Notes: generated by a model not told the origin, from the sequence alone. Positions 51,210 through 62,278 are shown, numbered from the stretch's first letter. The stretch is DNA of 64,000 nucleotides from Candidatus Nomurabacteria bacterium (GCA_026395995.1 JAPLXQ010000010.1:218179-282178), one strand, 5' to 3'. Made by a program: numbers and translations.

Positions 51210-52127
51210 ATGACAGAATTAAAACGAATAATTAAAGCCGGATTTGTAAATTTTTCCAGAAATGGAATTATTTCATGGTCTGCAGTTTTAATCATTACGA
51301 TCACTCTTTCAGTAATCGGTTCACTTATTTTCCTGCAAGCAGTATTACATTCTTCTTTAGATCAAATGAAAGAGAAAGTAGATATAACTATTTATTTTAA
51401 TACAGGAGCACAAGATTCTGAAATGATGGCCCTAAAAGCCAATATTGAAAAATTACCAGAAGTAGCAAGTACAGAATTTGTCTCTTCAGCTGAAGCATTG
51501 CAGACTTTCCGTGATCGTCACAAAGATGATTATCCTACTATCCAAGCTCTCGATGAAATAGGAATAAATCCACTCGGTGCCTTTTTGAATATCAAAGCAA
51601 AAGAAATAAATCAATATGAAAGTATTTCCAATTTCTTGAAGAGTGATAATGTCTTAGTTTCTGGTTCAAATTCTATTATTGATAAAGTAAACTATAATCA
51701 AAATAAATTAGTCATTGATCGTTTGAGTTCAATAATAAACGGAGCAGAAAAACTTGGCTTTATTGTGACTCTAATCTTCATCTTAATATCTTTAATTATT
51801 GCTTATAACACTATTCGTTTGGCTATCTTTATGTCTCGTGAAGAGATTTCCGTTATGCGTTTAGTCGGAGCAAGTAAATTGCGTATTCGAGGTCCATTTA
51901 TGGTAGAAGGCGCTATTTATGGTTTAATAGCCACCGTGATAACAATGCTTATTTTTTGGCCATCGACAGTCTGGTTTGGTAGTCATATGACCTTATTCTT
52001 AGGAATGAATATTTATGATTATTTTACTTCAAATTTCTTTCAAATTTTCTTTATTGTGCTATTATCAGGGATTCTGCTTGGGATGATATCTTCCTCTTTT
52101 GCAGTACGTAGGTATTTAAATAAGTAA
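51210..52127 (+). CDS. ftsX: Cell division permease FtsX
   Basis: NTIRLAI..REEISVMRLVGAS...IRGPFMVEG. Confidence 0.93.
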   Translation: MTELKRIIKAGFVNFSRNGIISWSAVLIITITLSVIGSLIFLQAVLHSSLDQMKEKVDITIYFNTGAQDSEMMALKANIEKLPEVASTEFVSSAEALQTFRDRHKDDYPTIQALDEIGINPLGAFLNIKAKEINQYESISNFLKSDNVLVSGSNSIIDKVNYNQNKLVIDRLSSIINGAEKLGFIVTLIFILISLIIAYNTIRLAIFMSREEISVMRLVGASKLRIRGPFMVEGAIYGLIATVITMLIFWPSTVWFGSHMTLFLGMNIYDYFTSNFFQIFFIVLLSGILLGMISSSFAVRRYLNK

Positions 52128-52138
52128 TTAAAAATAAA

Positions 52139-53791
52139 ATGGCTAAAGAAAATACAAAATATATTTTTGTGGTGGGTGGTGTTATTTCTGGAGTAGGAAA
52201 AGGTATTACTTCCTCCTCAATTGGTCTTATCTTAAAAAATCGTGGACTCAATGTCACAGCGATAAAAATAGATCCATATATCAATGTGGACGCAGGAACA
52301 ATGAATCCGACAGAGCATGGAGAAGTTTTTGTGTTGGGAGATGGAGATGAGACAGATCAAGATATGGGTAATTATGAAAGATTTTTAGATGTGAATCTGA
52401 CTCGTACAAACTATATGACGACTGGCCGTGTATATCAGGCTGTTATTGAAAAAGAACGCAATTTGGAATACAAGGGTAAGTGTGTCCAAGTCGTTCCTCA
52501 TATTCCAATGGAAATAGTCGGACGTATTAAAAAAGCAGCTACTGATGCTAAGGCTGATGTAGTAATGATTGAAATCGGTGGTACTGTCGGAGAATATGAA
52601 AATATTTTATATTTAGAAGCTGCTAGAATGCTAAAAATTGAAAATCCTCATGATGTTATTTTTGTAATGGTTTCTTATTTGCCGACTCCTTCAAAAGTGG
52701 GTGAGATGAAAACCAAGCCGACACAGCATGCATCAAGATTACTTAATGGTTCAGGAATTCAAGCTGATATTTTAATTGCTCGTGCTGATACACCACTAGA
52801 CGAAAAGAGAAAAGAAAAACTAGCAATGTTTTGTAATATTCCTATGGACCGAATAATCTCTGCACCAGATGTAGACAGTATTTACGATATACCTTTAAAT
52901 TTTGAAAAAGAAAAATTGTCTGAAAAACTTTGTGAAATAATGGGTGTAGCTTGTAAAAAACCAGATGAGAAAAATTGGCTTGCTTGGAAAAATTTCACCA
53001 AGAAGGTTCATAAAAATAAGGACACTTTGAAAATTGCGATGATTGGAAAATATTTTGAGACAGGGGACTTTGTCCTTTCTGATTCATATCTTTCTGTTAT
53101 TGAGGCTGTGAAATATTCAGCTTATGCTCAAAATAAAAAGCCAGTTATTTCTTGGCTTATTTCTACTGATTTTGAAAAATCACCAGTAAAATTGAAAGAA
53201 TTAAAAAACTACGATGGAATCATTGTACCAGGAGGATTCGGTTCGCGTGGAATAGAAGGAATAATAAGTGTTATTAAATTTGCTCGTGAAAATAAAATTC
53301 CATATTTTGGACTTTGTTATGGTATGCAACTTCTCGTGATTGAATATTCTAGAAATATTTTAGGTTTGAAGGATGCCAATACTGCTGAAGTAAATCCAAG
53401 CTCAAAAAATTTGGTTGTCGATGTAATGGAAGATCAAAAAGAGTTATTGAAAAAGAATGTTTACGGAGGTTCAATGCGTCTTGGTAGTTACAATGCTGTA
53501 TTGTCCAAGGGAAGTATTGCAGAAAATTCTTATGGAAAGAAAGAAATAATTGAGCGCCATAGGCATCGTTATGAAGTGAATAATTTTTATGTAGAAGAGT
53601 TAGAGAAGAAAGGTTTAGTGTTTTCTGGTAAATCTCCAAATGGAAAACTTATGGAAATAGCCGAATTACCTAAAAAGGTACATCCATTTTTCTTAGCTGT
53701 TCAATTTCATCCAGAATTTCTAGCTCGTCCACTCACACCCCATCCACTTTTTACAGCTTTTATAAAAGCTTGTGTTAATAAAAAGAAGTAA
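52139..53791 (+). CDS. pyrG: CTP synthase
   Basis: GGVISGVGKG, DPYINVDAGTM, GLCYGMQ, ERHRHRYE, QFHPE. Confidence 0.98.
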   Translation: MAKENTKYIFVVGGVISGVGKGITSSSIGLILKNRGLNVTAIKIDPYINVDAGTMNPTEHGEVFVLGDGDETDQDMGNYERFLDVNLTRTNYMTTGRVYQAVIEKERNLEYKGKCVQVVPHIPMEIVGRIKKAATDAKADVVMIEIGGTVGEYENILYLEAARMLKIENPHDVIFVMVSYLPTPSKVGEMKTKPTQHASRLLNGSGIQADILIARADTPLDEKRKEKLAMFCNIPMDRIISAPDVDSIYDIPLNFEKEKLSEKLCEIMGVACKKPDEKNWLAWKNFTKKVHKNKDTLKIAMIGKYFETGDFVLSDSYLSVIEAVKYSAYAQNKKPVISWLISTDFEKSPVKLKELKNYDGIIVPGGFGSRGIEGIISVIKFARENKIPYFGLCYGMQLLVIEYSRNILGLKDANTAEVNPSSKNLVVDVMEDQKELLKKNVYGGSMRLGSYNAVLSKGSIAENSYGKKEIIERHRHRYEVNNFYVEELEKKGLVFSGKSPNGKLMEIAELPKKVHPFFLAVQFHPEFLARPLTPHPLFTAFIKACVNKKK

Positions 53792-53803
53792 TATAATTTA
53801 AGT

Positions 53804-54232
53804 ATGGAACAAACTAATCAAGAAAATAAAATAAATTACCAAGGTCATTATTATGGAAAAATAATTCGTTCGATTTTTATTGTCGGTGGTCTCGTAATGC
53901 TTCTTTCTTTTCCGTTTTTTAGTAGTTTGATAAATTTACCAATATATATACCAATTATTACTATTATTCTTTTTGTTGTTATTGGTGGACTTATCAATCC
54001 TTTATCAAAATGGATTTTTATTGCCGGATCTATTATCCCAGTACTTGCTCTGACAATGTTTGAATATTATGCTTTCAATACTTATCAAAATATTTCAAAT
54101 TTAAACTCGATGAGTGTAGCATTTTTCTGGATCAACCAAGCTTTAGCCTTGATGTTTTTCTTTGCTACATATCTATCAGTCAAAACCCTCCGCGCAATGA
54201 TGCAAGGAAAAATGGTTGACGATACTGAATAA
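53804..54232 (+). CDS. Hypothetical membrane protein (4 TM)
   Basis: Four hydrophobic segments. Confidence 0.6.
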   Translation: MEQTNQENKINYQGHYYGKIIRSIFIVGGLVMLLSFPFFSSLINLPIYIPIITIILFVVIGGLINPLSKWIFIAGSIIPVLALTMFEYYAFNTYQNISNLNSMSVAFFWINQALALMFFFATYLSVKTLRAMMQGKMVDDTE

Positions 54233-54237
54233 TATTG

Positions 54238-54308
54238 CTGCCAGACCTGGACTCGAACCAAGATAGTCTCCTTCAGAGGGAGATGTCCTACCATTAGACG
54301 ATCTGGCA
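54238..54308 (-). tRNA. tRNA-Gln(CTG)
   Basis: TGCCAGA/TCTGGCA, loop CT-CTG-AA, GGTTCGAGTCC. Confidence 0.93.
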
Positions 54309-54566
54309 ATGTTTATATTCTGTCTTTTAAAAACCTTCTTCCAAATCGATTCTTTAAATCTTCTGTATACCCTATATAAAGATTTTCATCTTTTGAACTT
54401 TTTAAAACATAAGTGTAATACATCTTGTTTATGTCCTACCATTACCCGCCCGCAACGCCTGAGCTTGCGATGGCGGGCGGGGACGATCTGGCAATACTTT
54501 AACAGTAGCTTAAAAAAGCTAATTATTCAACTTTATTTTATTATTGTGCTATTATAGTACAATAAA

Positions 54567-55154
54567 ATGATTCCAAAAATAACGAACATTATCCGTTTTA
54601 TCAGGGAAACGATTAAACATCCACAACAAAATGGTGCTATTGCTCCGAGCTCTAAAAAACTCGCAATTTTAATTACACAAAAAGCTGAACTAGATAATGC
54701 AAAAGTAATTGTGGAAATAGGTTCTGGTGACGGTGTTTTTACTAAAGAAATTTTTAAAAAAATTAATAATAAAGTTCCTTATTTTGCCATTGAAATTAAT
54801 AAATTTTTTGTTGATCAATTTAAAAAAACTTATCCAAATTTAACAATCTATCATGATAGTGCTCAAAATATTGATAAGTGTTTAGTAAAGTCTGGACATA
54901 CAAAATGCGACCGAGTTATTTCTGGTCTTCCTTGGACAGCCTTTGACGAAAAAATGCAAAAAGATATTATTACAAAAATTTATAATTCATTAGAAGAAGG
55001 TGGTCTTTTTGTAACCTTCTCTTATTATCCTTTGAATAATTTACCAGATGGAAAGGCTTTTCATAAAACATTGAATAGTTTATTTAAAAGTGTAAATAAA
55101 TCTGAAGTTGTCTTAAATTTCCCTCCAGCTTTTGTATATATTTGTAGAAAATAA
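54567..55154 (+). CDS. Phospholipid N-methyltransferase-like SAM methyltransferase
   Basis: GAIAPSSKKLA, VEIGSGDG, ISGLPW, NFPPAFVY. Confidence 0.8.
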   Translation: MIPKITNIIRFIRETIKHPQQNGAIAPSSKKLAILITQKAELDNAKVIVEIGSGDGVFTKEIFKKINNKVPYFAIEINKFFVDQFKKTYPNLTIYHDSAQNIDKCLVKSGHTKCDRVISGLPWTAFDEKMQKDIITKIYNSLEEGGLFVTFSYYPLNNLPDGKAFHKTLNSLFKSVNKSEVVLNFPPAFVYICRK

Positions 55155-55199
55155 TTAATTCACACAGACTTCATTATTCTGTGGTACAATAAGCTTAAT

Positions 55200-56852
55200 A
55201 TGAAAAATTTCTTAAATACAATAAAATTGTACGTGTTTGGGCATAAAATTTTGAGTGTTATTTTATTAATAGTACTTATTTTTATTGGACGTTATGTTTA
55301 TCAAAAAGTTACTAGTACTGCCGGTGATACTAGATATATCACTACTAAGGTTGAAAAAGGCACTATTATTGCTTCTGTTACTGGTACAGGTCAAGTGAGT
55401 ACTTCCGATCAAATTGATATCAAGTCAAAAGTTTCTGGCGAAATAACTTGGGTTGGTGTTTCTGCTGGTCAAACAGTTAGCCAAGGCCAATCTCTTCTTA
55501 ATATTGATTCCAAAAATGCACAAAAAGCTGTACGTGATGCACAAGTAAATCTCGAAGGTGCAAAGATTTCTTTAGAAAAATTAAAAATACAAAATTCAAA
55601 TCAAAATTTAAGTGCTGATTTATTAAAAGCTTATGACGATGCTATTAGTTCTGTCGCTGTGACATTTTCTGATTTAACATCTCAGCTAAACGGATTGGAT
55701 ACTATTTTAGCACAACAAAATCTTTCCGATAATGTCGCACGAGTCAGTGGTACTACAGCTTTAAATTATAGAAATAAAGCAGAGTCTTCATACTATGAAG
55801 CCAAGAATTCATTTGAAAAAAGTAGAATAAATTTTGTTGATATTAATCATAACTCACCAAAAACTGATATTGAAAACATTTTAAATAAAACATACGATAC
55901 GACTTCTGTTTTAATTGATGCTATAAAAAATACTAAAAATTTTGTAGATTATATTGCTGAAGATACTAATACTGTCACTACGTTTATTTCTAATCAATCT
56001 ACGCTCGCGTCTTATCTTGATGCAATGAATAGTCATTTTTCTAGTCTTAGTTTGATTAAAAAGACTATTCAAGATAGTAAAGATTCTTTTTCAAATAGTG
56101 ATTTAGATATTCAGTCAGCAGAATTAAGTATCAAACAAAAAGAAAATGCATTGCAAGATGCAAAAGATAATTTAGCAGATTACACTGTCCGAGCACCTTT
56201 TTCTGGTGTAATTACTGTTTTAAATGCAAAACTTGGCGATACTGTACCGTCTACAGTGGCAACTATTATTACAAATCATCAGCTAGCTGAAATATCTTTA
56301 AATGAAGTAGATGTTGCTAAAATAAAAATTGGTGAAAAATCTATTCTCACTTTTGATGCAATTCCTGATTTGAGTATTTCTGGAAAAGTGGAAGAGGTTG
56401 ATTCTGTCGGAGCTATTGCTTCTGGAGTCGTTACTTATAATATTAAAGTGAGTTTCGATACTCAAGATTCTAGAGTGAAACCTAGTATGAGTGTGTCAGC
56501 AGCGATTATTACTGATATTAAAAAAGATGTATTGCTTGTGCCAAATAGCGCAGTAAAATCAAATAATAATGGTAGTTATGTAGAAATGTTTAATATACCA
56601 TTACCAAAAGCTACTGATGGATTACAGGGAAGGATTTCAACAATTACTCCAAATAAAATTCAAGTTCAAGCAGGTTTATCAAATGATTCACAAACAGAAA
56701 TTATTTCAGGAATTAAAGAAGGAGATGAAGTGGTTTCTCGTACTATTTTACCTTCAGCAGTCAAATCAGCTACTACGACCCCTAGTCTTTTTGGTTCTTC
56801 ATCTGGAAGTGGAAATAGGGCTCCTGCAGGTGCCACTCCTCGTGGTAATTAA
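55200..56852 (+). CDS. MacA/HlyD-type membrane fusion protein
   Basis: N-terminal TM, lipoyl halves (VSGEI.., VRAPFSGVI), long coiled coil, VPNSAV. Confidence 0.88.
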   Translation: MKNFLNTIKLYVFGHKILSVILLIVLIFIGRYVYQKVTSTAGDTRYITTKVEKGTIIASVTGTGQVSTSDQIDIKSKVSGEITWVGVSAGQTVSQGQSLLNIDSKNAQKAVRDAQVNLEGAKISLEKLKIQNSNQNLSADLLKAYDDAISSVAVTFSDLTSQLNGLDTILAQQNLSDNVARVSGTTALNYRNKAESSYYEAKNSFEKSRINFVDINHNSPKTDIENILNKTYDTTSVLIDAIKNTKNFVDYIAEDTNTVTTFISNQSTLASYLDAMNSHFSSLSLIKKTIQDSKDSFSNSDLDIQSAELSIKQKENALQDAKDNLADYTVRAPFSGVITVLNAKLGDTVPSTVATIITNHQLAEISLNEVDVAKIKIGEKSILTFDAIPDLSISGKVEEVDSVGAIASGVVTYNIKVSFDTQDSRVKPSMSVSAAIITDIKKDVLLVPNSAVKSNNNGSYVEMFNIPLPKATDGLQGRISTITPNKIQVQAGLSNDSQTEIISGIKEGDEVVSRTILPSAVKSATTTPSLFGSSSGSGNRAPAGATPRGN

Positions 56853-56858
56853 AATAAG

Positions 56859-57560
56859 ATGATTGAAGTAAAAGATTTAACAAAAACATACAAGACAGGT
56901 GATGTAGAATTTCAAGCCTTGAAAGGCGTGAGTTTTACAATTGCTGATGGAGAATTTGTGGCTATTATGGGTCCATCTGGATCTGGTAAATCAACACTGA
57001 TGCATATTTTAGGAGCACTGGATAATCCTAGCAGTGGAACTTATTTTTTAGACGGAAAAAATATTGCGTCTTTTTCTGACGACGAGTTGGCAGATATTCG
57101 CAAAGACAAAATAGGTTTCGTTTTCCAATCTTTTAATTTACTTCCTAGAACGACAGTCTTACGAAATGTAATGTTACCAATGGTTTATAATGGTATTTCA
57201 GTCGAAGAAAGAGAAAATCGAGCGAAACATGCACTCGTAGCTGCTGGTCTTGATGAAGAACATTTCCTTCATCTTTCAAATCAAATTTCTGGTGGACAAA
57301 TTCAACGTGTGGCTATTGCTCGGGCTCTTGTAAATGATCCATCACTTATTTTAGCTGATGAACCGACAGGGAATTTGGATTCTAAAACAGGAGAAATCGT
57401 TCTGGGGACTTTTGAAAAATTAAATAAAGAACTTGGACGCACAATTATTTTAATTACACATGAGCAAGATGTGGCTGAACATGCAGATAGAATTATTTTT
57501 ATTAAAGATGGTCAAATTTTGTATGATAAACCAACACAAAAGAGATTGGCTAAAAAATAA
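56859..57560 (+). CDS. ABC transporter ATPase (MacB/LolD type)
   Basis: [32 protein letters not shown]. Confidence 0.93.
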   Translation: MIEVKDLTKTYKTGDVEFQALKGVSFTIADGEFVAIMGPSGSGKSTLMHILGALDNPSSGTYFLDGKNIASFSDDELADIRKDKIGFVFQSFNLLPRTTVLRNVMLPMVYNGISVEERENRAKHALVAAGLDEEHFLHLSNQISGGQIQRVAIARALVNDPSLILADEPTGNLDSKTGEIVLGTFEKLNKELGRTIILITHEQDVAEHADRIIFIKDGQILYDKPTQKRLAKK

Positions 57561-57561
57561 T

Positions 57562-58770
57562 ATGAAAACTACAGATATATTACATGAAACATATTCTTCA
57601 CTTCTTGCGAACAAGGCTCGGTCTGGTTTGACGATGCTAGGTATTATTATTGGTATTGCTTCTGTAATAGCGATGATTTCGATTGGTAATGGGGCAAAGG
57701 CTTCCATTCAATCAAGTATTGAAGGTCTTGGTTCTAATCTTTTAACAATTCTTCCGGGGATTGTGCAACCAGGCAGAGGAATTGTTTCCTCTGGAAGAGG
57801 TACAGCACAAACTTTAAAAAATACAGACATTGCTGTAATTCAATCACTCGACGGTATAGGTGCTATTTCTCCAGAGGTCTCAAGACGTTTTCAAATTGTT
57901 GCTACAGGGAATAATACCAATACGACTGTGACTGGAGCAACTCCTGAATATATGACTGTACATAATCTTGTGATTGGTGATGGATCATTTATTTCTGATT
58001 CTAACCAAAGAAGTATTGGTCGGCAAGCAGTCCTAGGTGCTACTGTTGCTACAGACCTTTTCCCTGATCAAAGTCCTATTGGTAAATCAATTCGTATTAA
58101 TAAAGTAAATTTTACTGTTATTGGAGTCGTTGCGGCTAAAGGTGGCGCAGGATTTTCTGGACCAGATGATATGGTTTTTGTACCACTTTCGACAATGCAA
58201 AAAATTCTTTCTGGTGCAGATTATCTTTCTACAATGTCAGTTAGTGTTACTAATAAAGATGATATGAGTGCTGTAAAAGATGCTGCTACAATTGCGCTTC
58301 TCAATAAACATAATGTGGCTGAAGCAGATTTTTCAATTATTTCTCAAGAAGATATTTTAGGGACACTTTCACAAGTGATAAATACTTTTACGATTTTTCT
58401 CGCAGCGATTGCCTCAATCTCTTTGCTTGTCGGAGGAATTGGAATTATGAATATGATGCTGACGACTGTGACTGAACGTACAAAAGAAATTGGTTTACGA
58501 AAAGCTATCGGGGCGAAAAGACGAGATATAAATATGCAATTTTTAGCTGAAGCTGTGGCTCTGACATTTACCGGAGGAGTAATAGGAGTAATTCTTGGGT
58601 GGCTGATATCATTTGGAGTGAGTGCGACAGGGCTCGTGCAAACGCAAGTCTCACTTTCTTCTGTTCTGTTGGCTTTCGGCGTGTCGGCCTTGATTGGAAT
58701 AATTTTTGGATATTATCCTGCTCGTCGTGCTGGAATGCTAAACCCAATAGATGCTTTGAGGTACGAATAA
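57562..58770 (+). CDS. ABC transporter permease (MacB type); start ATG 57562
   Basis: RSGLTMLGIIIG, VGGIGIMNMM..VTERTKEIGLRKAIGA, PIDALRYE. Confidence 0.93.
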   Translation: MKTTDILHETYSSLLANKARSGLTMLGIIIGIASVIAMISIGNGAKASIQSSIEGLGSNLLTILPGIVQPGRGIVSSGRGTAQTLKNTDIAVIQSLDGIGAISPEVSRRFQIVATGNNTNTTVTGATPEYMTVHNLVIGDGSFISDSNQRSIGRQAVLGATVATDLFPDQSPIGKSIRINKVNFTVIGVVAAKGGAGFSGPDDMVFVPLSTMQKILSGADYLSTMSVSVTNKDDMSAVKDAATIALLNKHNVAEADFSIISQEDILGTLSQVINTFTIFLAAIASISLLVGGIGIMNMMLTTVTERTKEIGLRKAIGAKRRDINMQFLAEAVALTFTGGVIGVILGWLISFGVSATGLVQTQVSLSSVLLAFGVSALIGIIFGYYPARRAGMLNPIDALRYE

Positions 58771-58826
58771 AAAGCTCCTAATCTATGGAGCTTTTTTTGT
58801 TTTTCTGCTAAGATAGAGTTTATATT

Positions 58827-60665
58827 ATGGATTTAAAGAAAATTAGAAATTTTAGTATCATAGCACACATTGACCACGGGAAATCTACCTTGGCTGATAG
58901 AATGCTCGAAATAACTCATACGATTGAGACACGTAAAATGCGTGACCAGGTTCTTGATTCTATGGAGCTTGAACGAGAAAGAGGTATTACTATCAAAATG
59001 CAACCAGTGCGTATGGAATATAAGATGCACCCCCTCCCAACCTCCCCCTTAGCGAAGGGGGAGGAGAACACCACATACACTTTAAACCTTATAGATACTC
59101 CAGGACATATAGACTTTTCCTATGAAGTTTCTCGTGCTTTAAAGGCCGTAGAAGGGTCTATTTTGCTCGTTGACTCAACTCAGGGGGTCCAGGCTCAAAC
59201 ACTTACTACACTCGCTATGGCTCGTGAGGGAGGGCTTAAAATCATCCCTGTACTCTCAAAAATAGACTCACCACTTTCTCGTGTAGATGATGTCAAAGAT
59301 GAAGTTATAAAGCTTTTAGATTGTGATCCAGATGAGATACTTCTCGTTTCTGGACGTACAGGCGAAGGTGTAGAAAATCTTTTAAATGAAGTCATAAAAA
59401 GAGTGCCACCTCCAGTCGAAACTTTTATAGACACCACTAGTTGCCGTGCACTTATTTTTGATTTTAAATATTCAAATCACAAGGGTGTGATTGTTTATGT
59501 GCGAGTTCTTGATGGAAAAATTTCCAAAAATGAAAATTTACTTTTTTCTGTTTCTAAAGAAAAATTTACCTCACTCGAAGTTGGAACATTTTCTCCAGAA
59601 GAAACTCCTTGTGAATTTTTAAAAGCAGGTGAGACAGGATATATTGTGACTGGTATTAAAAAGCCTGGTATTGCGAGCGTCGGAGATACTATTACATTAT
59701 TGAAAAATCCATTGCCAGAACTTCCTGGATATATGCAACCTCGCCCTGTCGTCTGGGCTTCAGTTTTCCCTGAAGATGCAGATCAATTTAACGATTTGAA
59801 AGCAGCCCTCGGCAAACTTCGTCTTTCTGATTCATCTTTTTCTTACGAAGAAGAGTCTAGTGGATCACTCGGACGTGGTTTTCGTTGTGGTTTTCTTGGT
59901 ATGCTTCATTTGGAAATTGTTATTGAAAGATTGAAAAGAGAATTTAATTTGGCCTTAGTGGTGACTACTCCATCTATTACTTATGAAGTGACTTTAAATA
60001 ATGGTAAAAAAGAAAAAATATATTCACCATATTTTTTCCCTGAAGAGGGAAACATAAAAGAAGTTTTTGAGCCTTGGGTTTTTGTAAAAATTATTACCCC
60101 ATCTATTTATCTTGGTCCAATAATGCAATTGCTTTTTGTGCATGAAGCAGAAGTGGGTGAGACAGAAAGTTTTGGAGACAATCGCTCATCAATATCACTC
60201 AAAATGCCACTACGTGAATTGATGCGAAACTTTTTTGATGAATTGAAATCTGTCTCTTCTGGTTATGCTTCTATTTCCTATGAAATTGCTGAAATGCGTG
60301 AAGCCAATGTGACTCGTTTAGACTTGCTTGTGGCTGAAGAAATTATCCCAGCTTTCTCTCGAGTTGTATCTAGAAAAAGAGTTCAAGAAGATGCTGAAGA
60401 AGCCGTAGAAAAATTACATAAACTTTTACCAAGGCAAATGTTTGCGACAAAAATCCAAGGTAAAGCCTTGGGTAAAATTATCTCCTCAAAAACCACTCAA
60501 GCTTTTATGAAAGATGTGACACAGCATATGTATGGAGGAGATATTACTCGTAAAATGAAGCTTCGAGAAAAACAAAAGAAAGGTAAAAAGAAGATGAAAG
60601 AGCGTGGACGCGTAAATATACCTCAAGAGGTTTTTCTTAAGATGATGAGAAGTGGGGAAAATTAA
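58827..60665 (+). CDS. lepA: Elongation factor 4
   Basis: [51 protein letters not shown]. Confidence 0.97.
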   Translation: MDLKKIRNFSIIAHIDHGKSTLADRMLEITHTIETRKMRDQVLDSMELERERGITIKMQPVRMEYKMHPLPTSPLAKGEENTTYTLNLIDTPGHIDFSYEVSRALKAVEGSILLVDSTQGVQAQTLTTLAMAREGGLKIIPVLSKIDSPLSRVDDVKDEVIKLLDCDPDEILLVSGRTGEGVENLLNEVIKRVPPPVETFIDTTSCRALIFDFKYSNHKGVIVYVRVLDGKISKNENLLFSVSKEKFTSLEVGTFSPEETPCEFLKAGETGYIVTGIKKPGIASVGDTITLLKNPLPELPGYMQPRPVVWASVFPEDADQFNDLKAALGKLRLSDSSFSYEEESSGSLGRGFRCGFLGMLHLEIVIERLKREFNLALVVTTPSITYEVTLNNGKKEKIYSPYFFPEEGNIKEVFEPWVFVKIITPSIYLGPIMQLLFVHEAEVGETESFGDNRSSISLKMPLRELMRNFFDELKSVSSGYASISYEIAEMREANVTRLDLLVAEEIIPAFSRVVSRKRVQEDAEEAVEKLHKLLPRQMFATKIQGKALGKIISSKTTQAFMKDVTQHMYGGDITRKMKLREKQKKGKKKMKERGRVNIPQEVFLKMMRSGEN

Positions 60666-60813
60666 GATAGAGCTTTAAGCTCTATCTTAACGGAATATTG
60701 GTGTATAAAGTAAGATCATACTAACGATTATAAAGACGCATAAAACTGTCCAGATAACTTGTATTTTCTTTTTGTGTTTCTTGTGTAAAAGCATATACTT
60801 ATATTAGCAAATT

Positions 60814-61191
60814 ATGAAGAATTTTCAAGAGCAAAATATTTTTAGTAGAATTATACATTCCAAACTTGGTCTGATTTTTTTGGCTATTTTTATTATATTT
60901 TTCAGTTGGAATGTCATAAGATTTGCTGGAAAAGATAAAGAAATTATTAAAAATAAAAATATATCAGCAGACAAAATAACACAATTACAACAAGAAAAAG
61001 ATAGGCTGACAAAAGATATAAACAATCTAAATACACAGAGCGGTGTAGAAGAAACGATTCGTGACAAATTCGGTTTGGCGAAAGAAGGTGAGGGGATGAT
61101 CGTGGTAGTAGATACTCAAGATCAAACAACTGATCCAAATATTCAAGCAAATACTACTATTTTGTCTAAAATAAAAGGGTGGTTTAAATAA
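60814..61191 (+). CDS. Septum formation initiator (DivIC/FtsB family)
   Basis: TM, coiled coil, VEETIRDKFGLAKEGE. Confidence 0.85.
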   Translation: MKNFQEQNIFSRIIHSKLGLIFLAIFIIFFSWNVIRFAGKDKEIIKNKNISADKITQLQQEKDRLTKDINNLNTQSGVEETIRDKFGLAKEGEGMIVVVDTQDQTTDPNIQANTTILSKIKGWFK

Positions 61192-61240
61192 AATACTTTA
61201 TGATATAATGTAAGTCTTAATAATTAATTTTAAATAATTT

Positions 61241-61480
61241 ATGAAAAATGTAACAATATATTCAACACCGACATGTCATTTTTGTCACTTAGCAAAGGAC
61301 TTTTTTAAGGCAAATAACGTGGCTTATACAGAATACGATGTAGCTGCAGATATGGAAAAGAGGAAAGAAGTCGTTGAAAAAAGTGGTCAAATGGGCGTGC
61401 CAGTTATAATTATTGGAGAAGATTTAATTGTCGGTTTCAATAAACCAAAAGTAGCTGAATTGCTCGGAATAGCCATATAA
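61241..61480 (+). CDS. Glutaredoxin-like NrdH/YruB protein
   Basis: IYSTPTCHFC, SGQMGVPVI, VGF. Confidence 0.92.
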   Translation: MKNVTIYSTPTCHFCHLAKDFFKANNVAYTEYDVAADMEKRKEVVEKSGQMGVPVIIIGEDLIVGFNKPKVAELLGIAI

Positions 61481-61540
61481 CATATAAGAACTTACTTAAT
61501 GTCCCTAGATTTGTTTAAGGTTCTATGTTAATATTAAATT

Positions 61541-62167
61541 ATGAGAGGTATACAAACTTCTAATAAAATAGTTCAAGAAATTAAAAAACTTAGATCTGAA
61601 GGGGATAGTATTCTTGAGATATCAAAAATAGTTGGTAAAAGTAAGTCTATTGTTTCAAAATACGTTAAAGATATAAAAATTCTTCCACAGTATGAATATC
61701 TTCTAAAAGAAAAACAAGGAGGTAGTAAGTCGCGTTCTTTAAAAGAGTGGAAGGATTCAGAGATAAAATCAAAAAAAATAATTAATACTCTTTCTAGTAA
61801 AGAAAAATTATTAATTCTAGCATGTTTATATTGGGGAGAAGGAACTAAAACTGAACTTAATATTATAAATAGTGATCCAGAAATGCTTCGGGTTTTTATA
61901 ATTTCTTTAAAAGAATTAGGAATAGATAATTCTAAAATAAAAGCAACAATAAGAATTTATGAAGATTTAAAAGATAACGATATTATTAATTTTTGGTCAA
62001 AGGCTATTGATCTTCCAAAAGAATGTTTTAAAGGTATTAATTTATTAAAAGGTAAAAAAGTTGGTAAATTAAAACATGGTATGTGTAGAATAAGGGTTGA
62101 AAAAAGTAAAGATTACTTTAAACTAATTATGTCTATAATAGAAAGAATTAAAGACTTGTCCTTATAG
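61541..62167 (+). CDS. HTH + LAGLIDADG-like endonuclease-fold protein
   Basis: LRSEGDSILEISK..SKSIVSKYVK HTH, LACLYWGEG, NSDP, FWS; stop TAG lies inside tRNA-Arg. Confidence 0.72.
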   Translation: MRGIQTSNKIVQEIKKLRSEGDSILEISKIVGKSKSIVSKYVKDIKILPQYEYLLKEKQGGSKSRSLKEWKDSEIKSKKIINTLSSKEKLLILACLYWGEGTKTELNIINSDPEMLRVFIISLKELGIDNSKIKATIRIYEDLKDNDIINFWSKAIDLPKECFKGINLLKGKKVGKLKHGMCRIRVEKSKDYFKLIMSIIERIKDLSL

Positions 62168-62229
62168 TTCAATGGATAGAATAGCTCACTCCTAACGAGC
62201 TGATTCAGGTTCGACTCCTGATAAGGACA
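62158..62229 (+). tRNA. tRNA-Arg(CCT)
   Basis: GTCCTTA/TAAGGAC, loop CT-CCT-AA, GGTTCGACTCC. Confidence 0.9.
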
Positions 62230-62278
62230 CCTTAAACGAACTATTTGAAATTTAAAATTTTTATGATAGTATATTCTT

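Noticed and set aside
54085-54557. ORFs 54085-54309 and 54309-54557
   Set aside because: They overlap tRNA-Gln, its duplicated fragment and a hairpin repeat; no protein signal.
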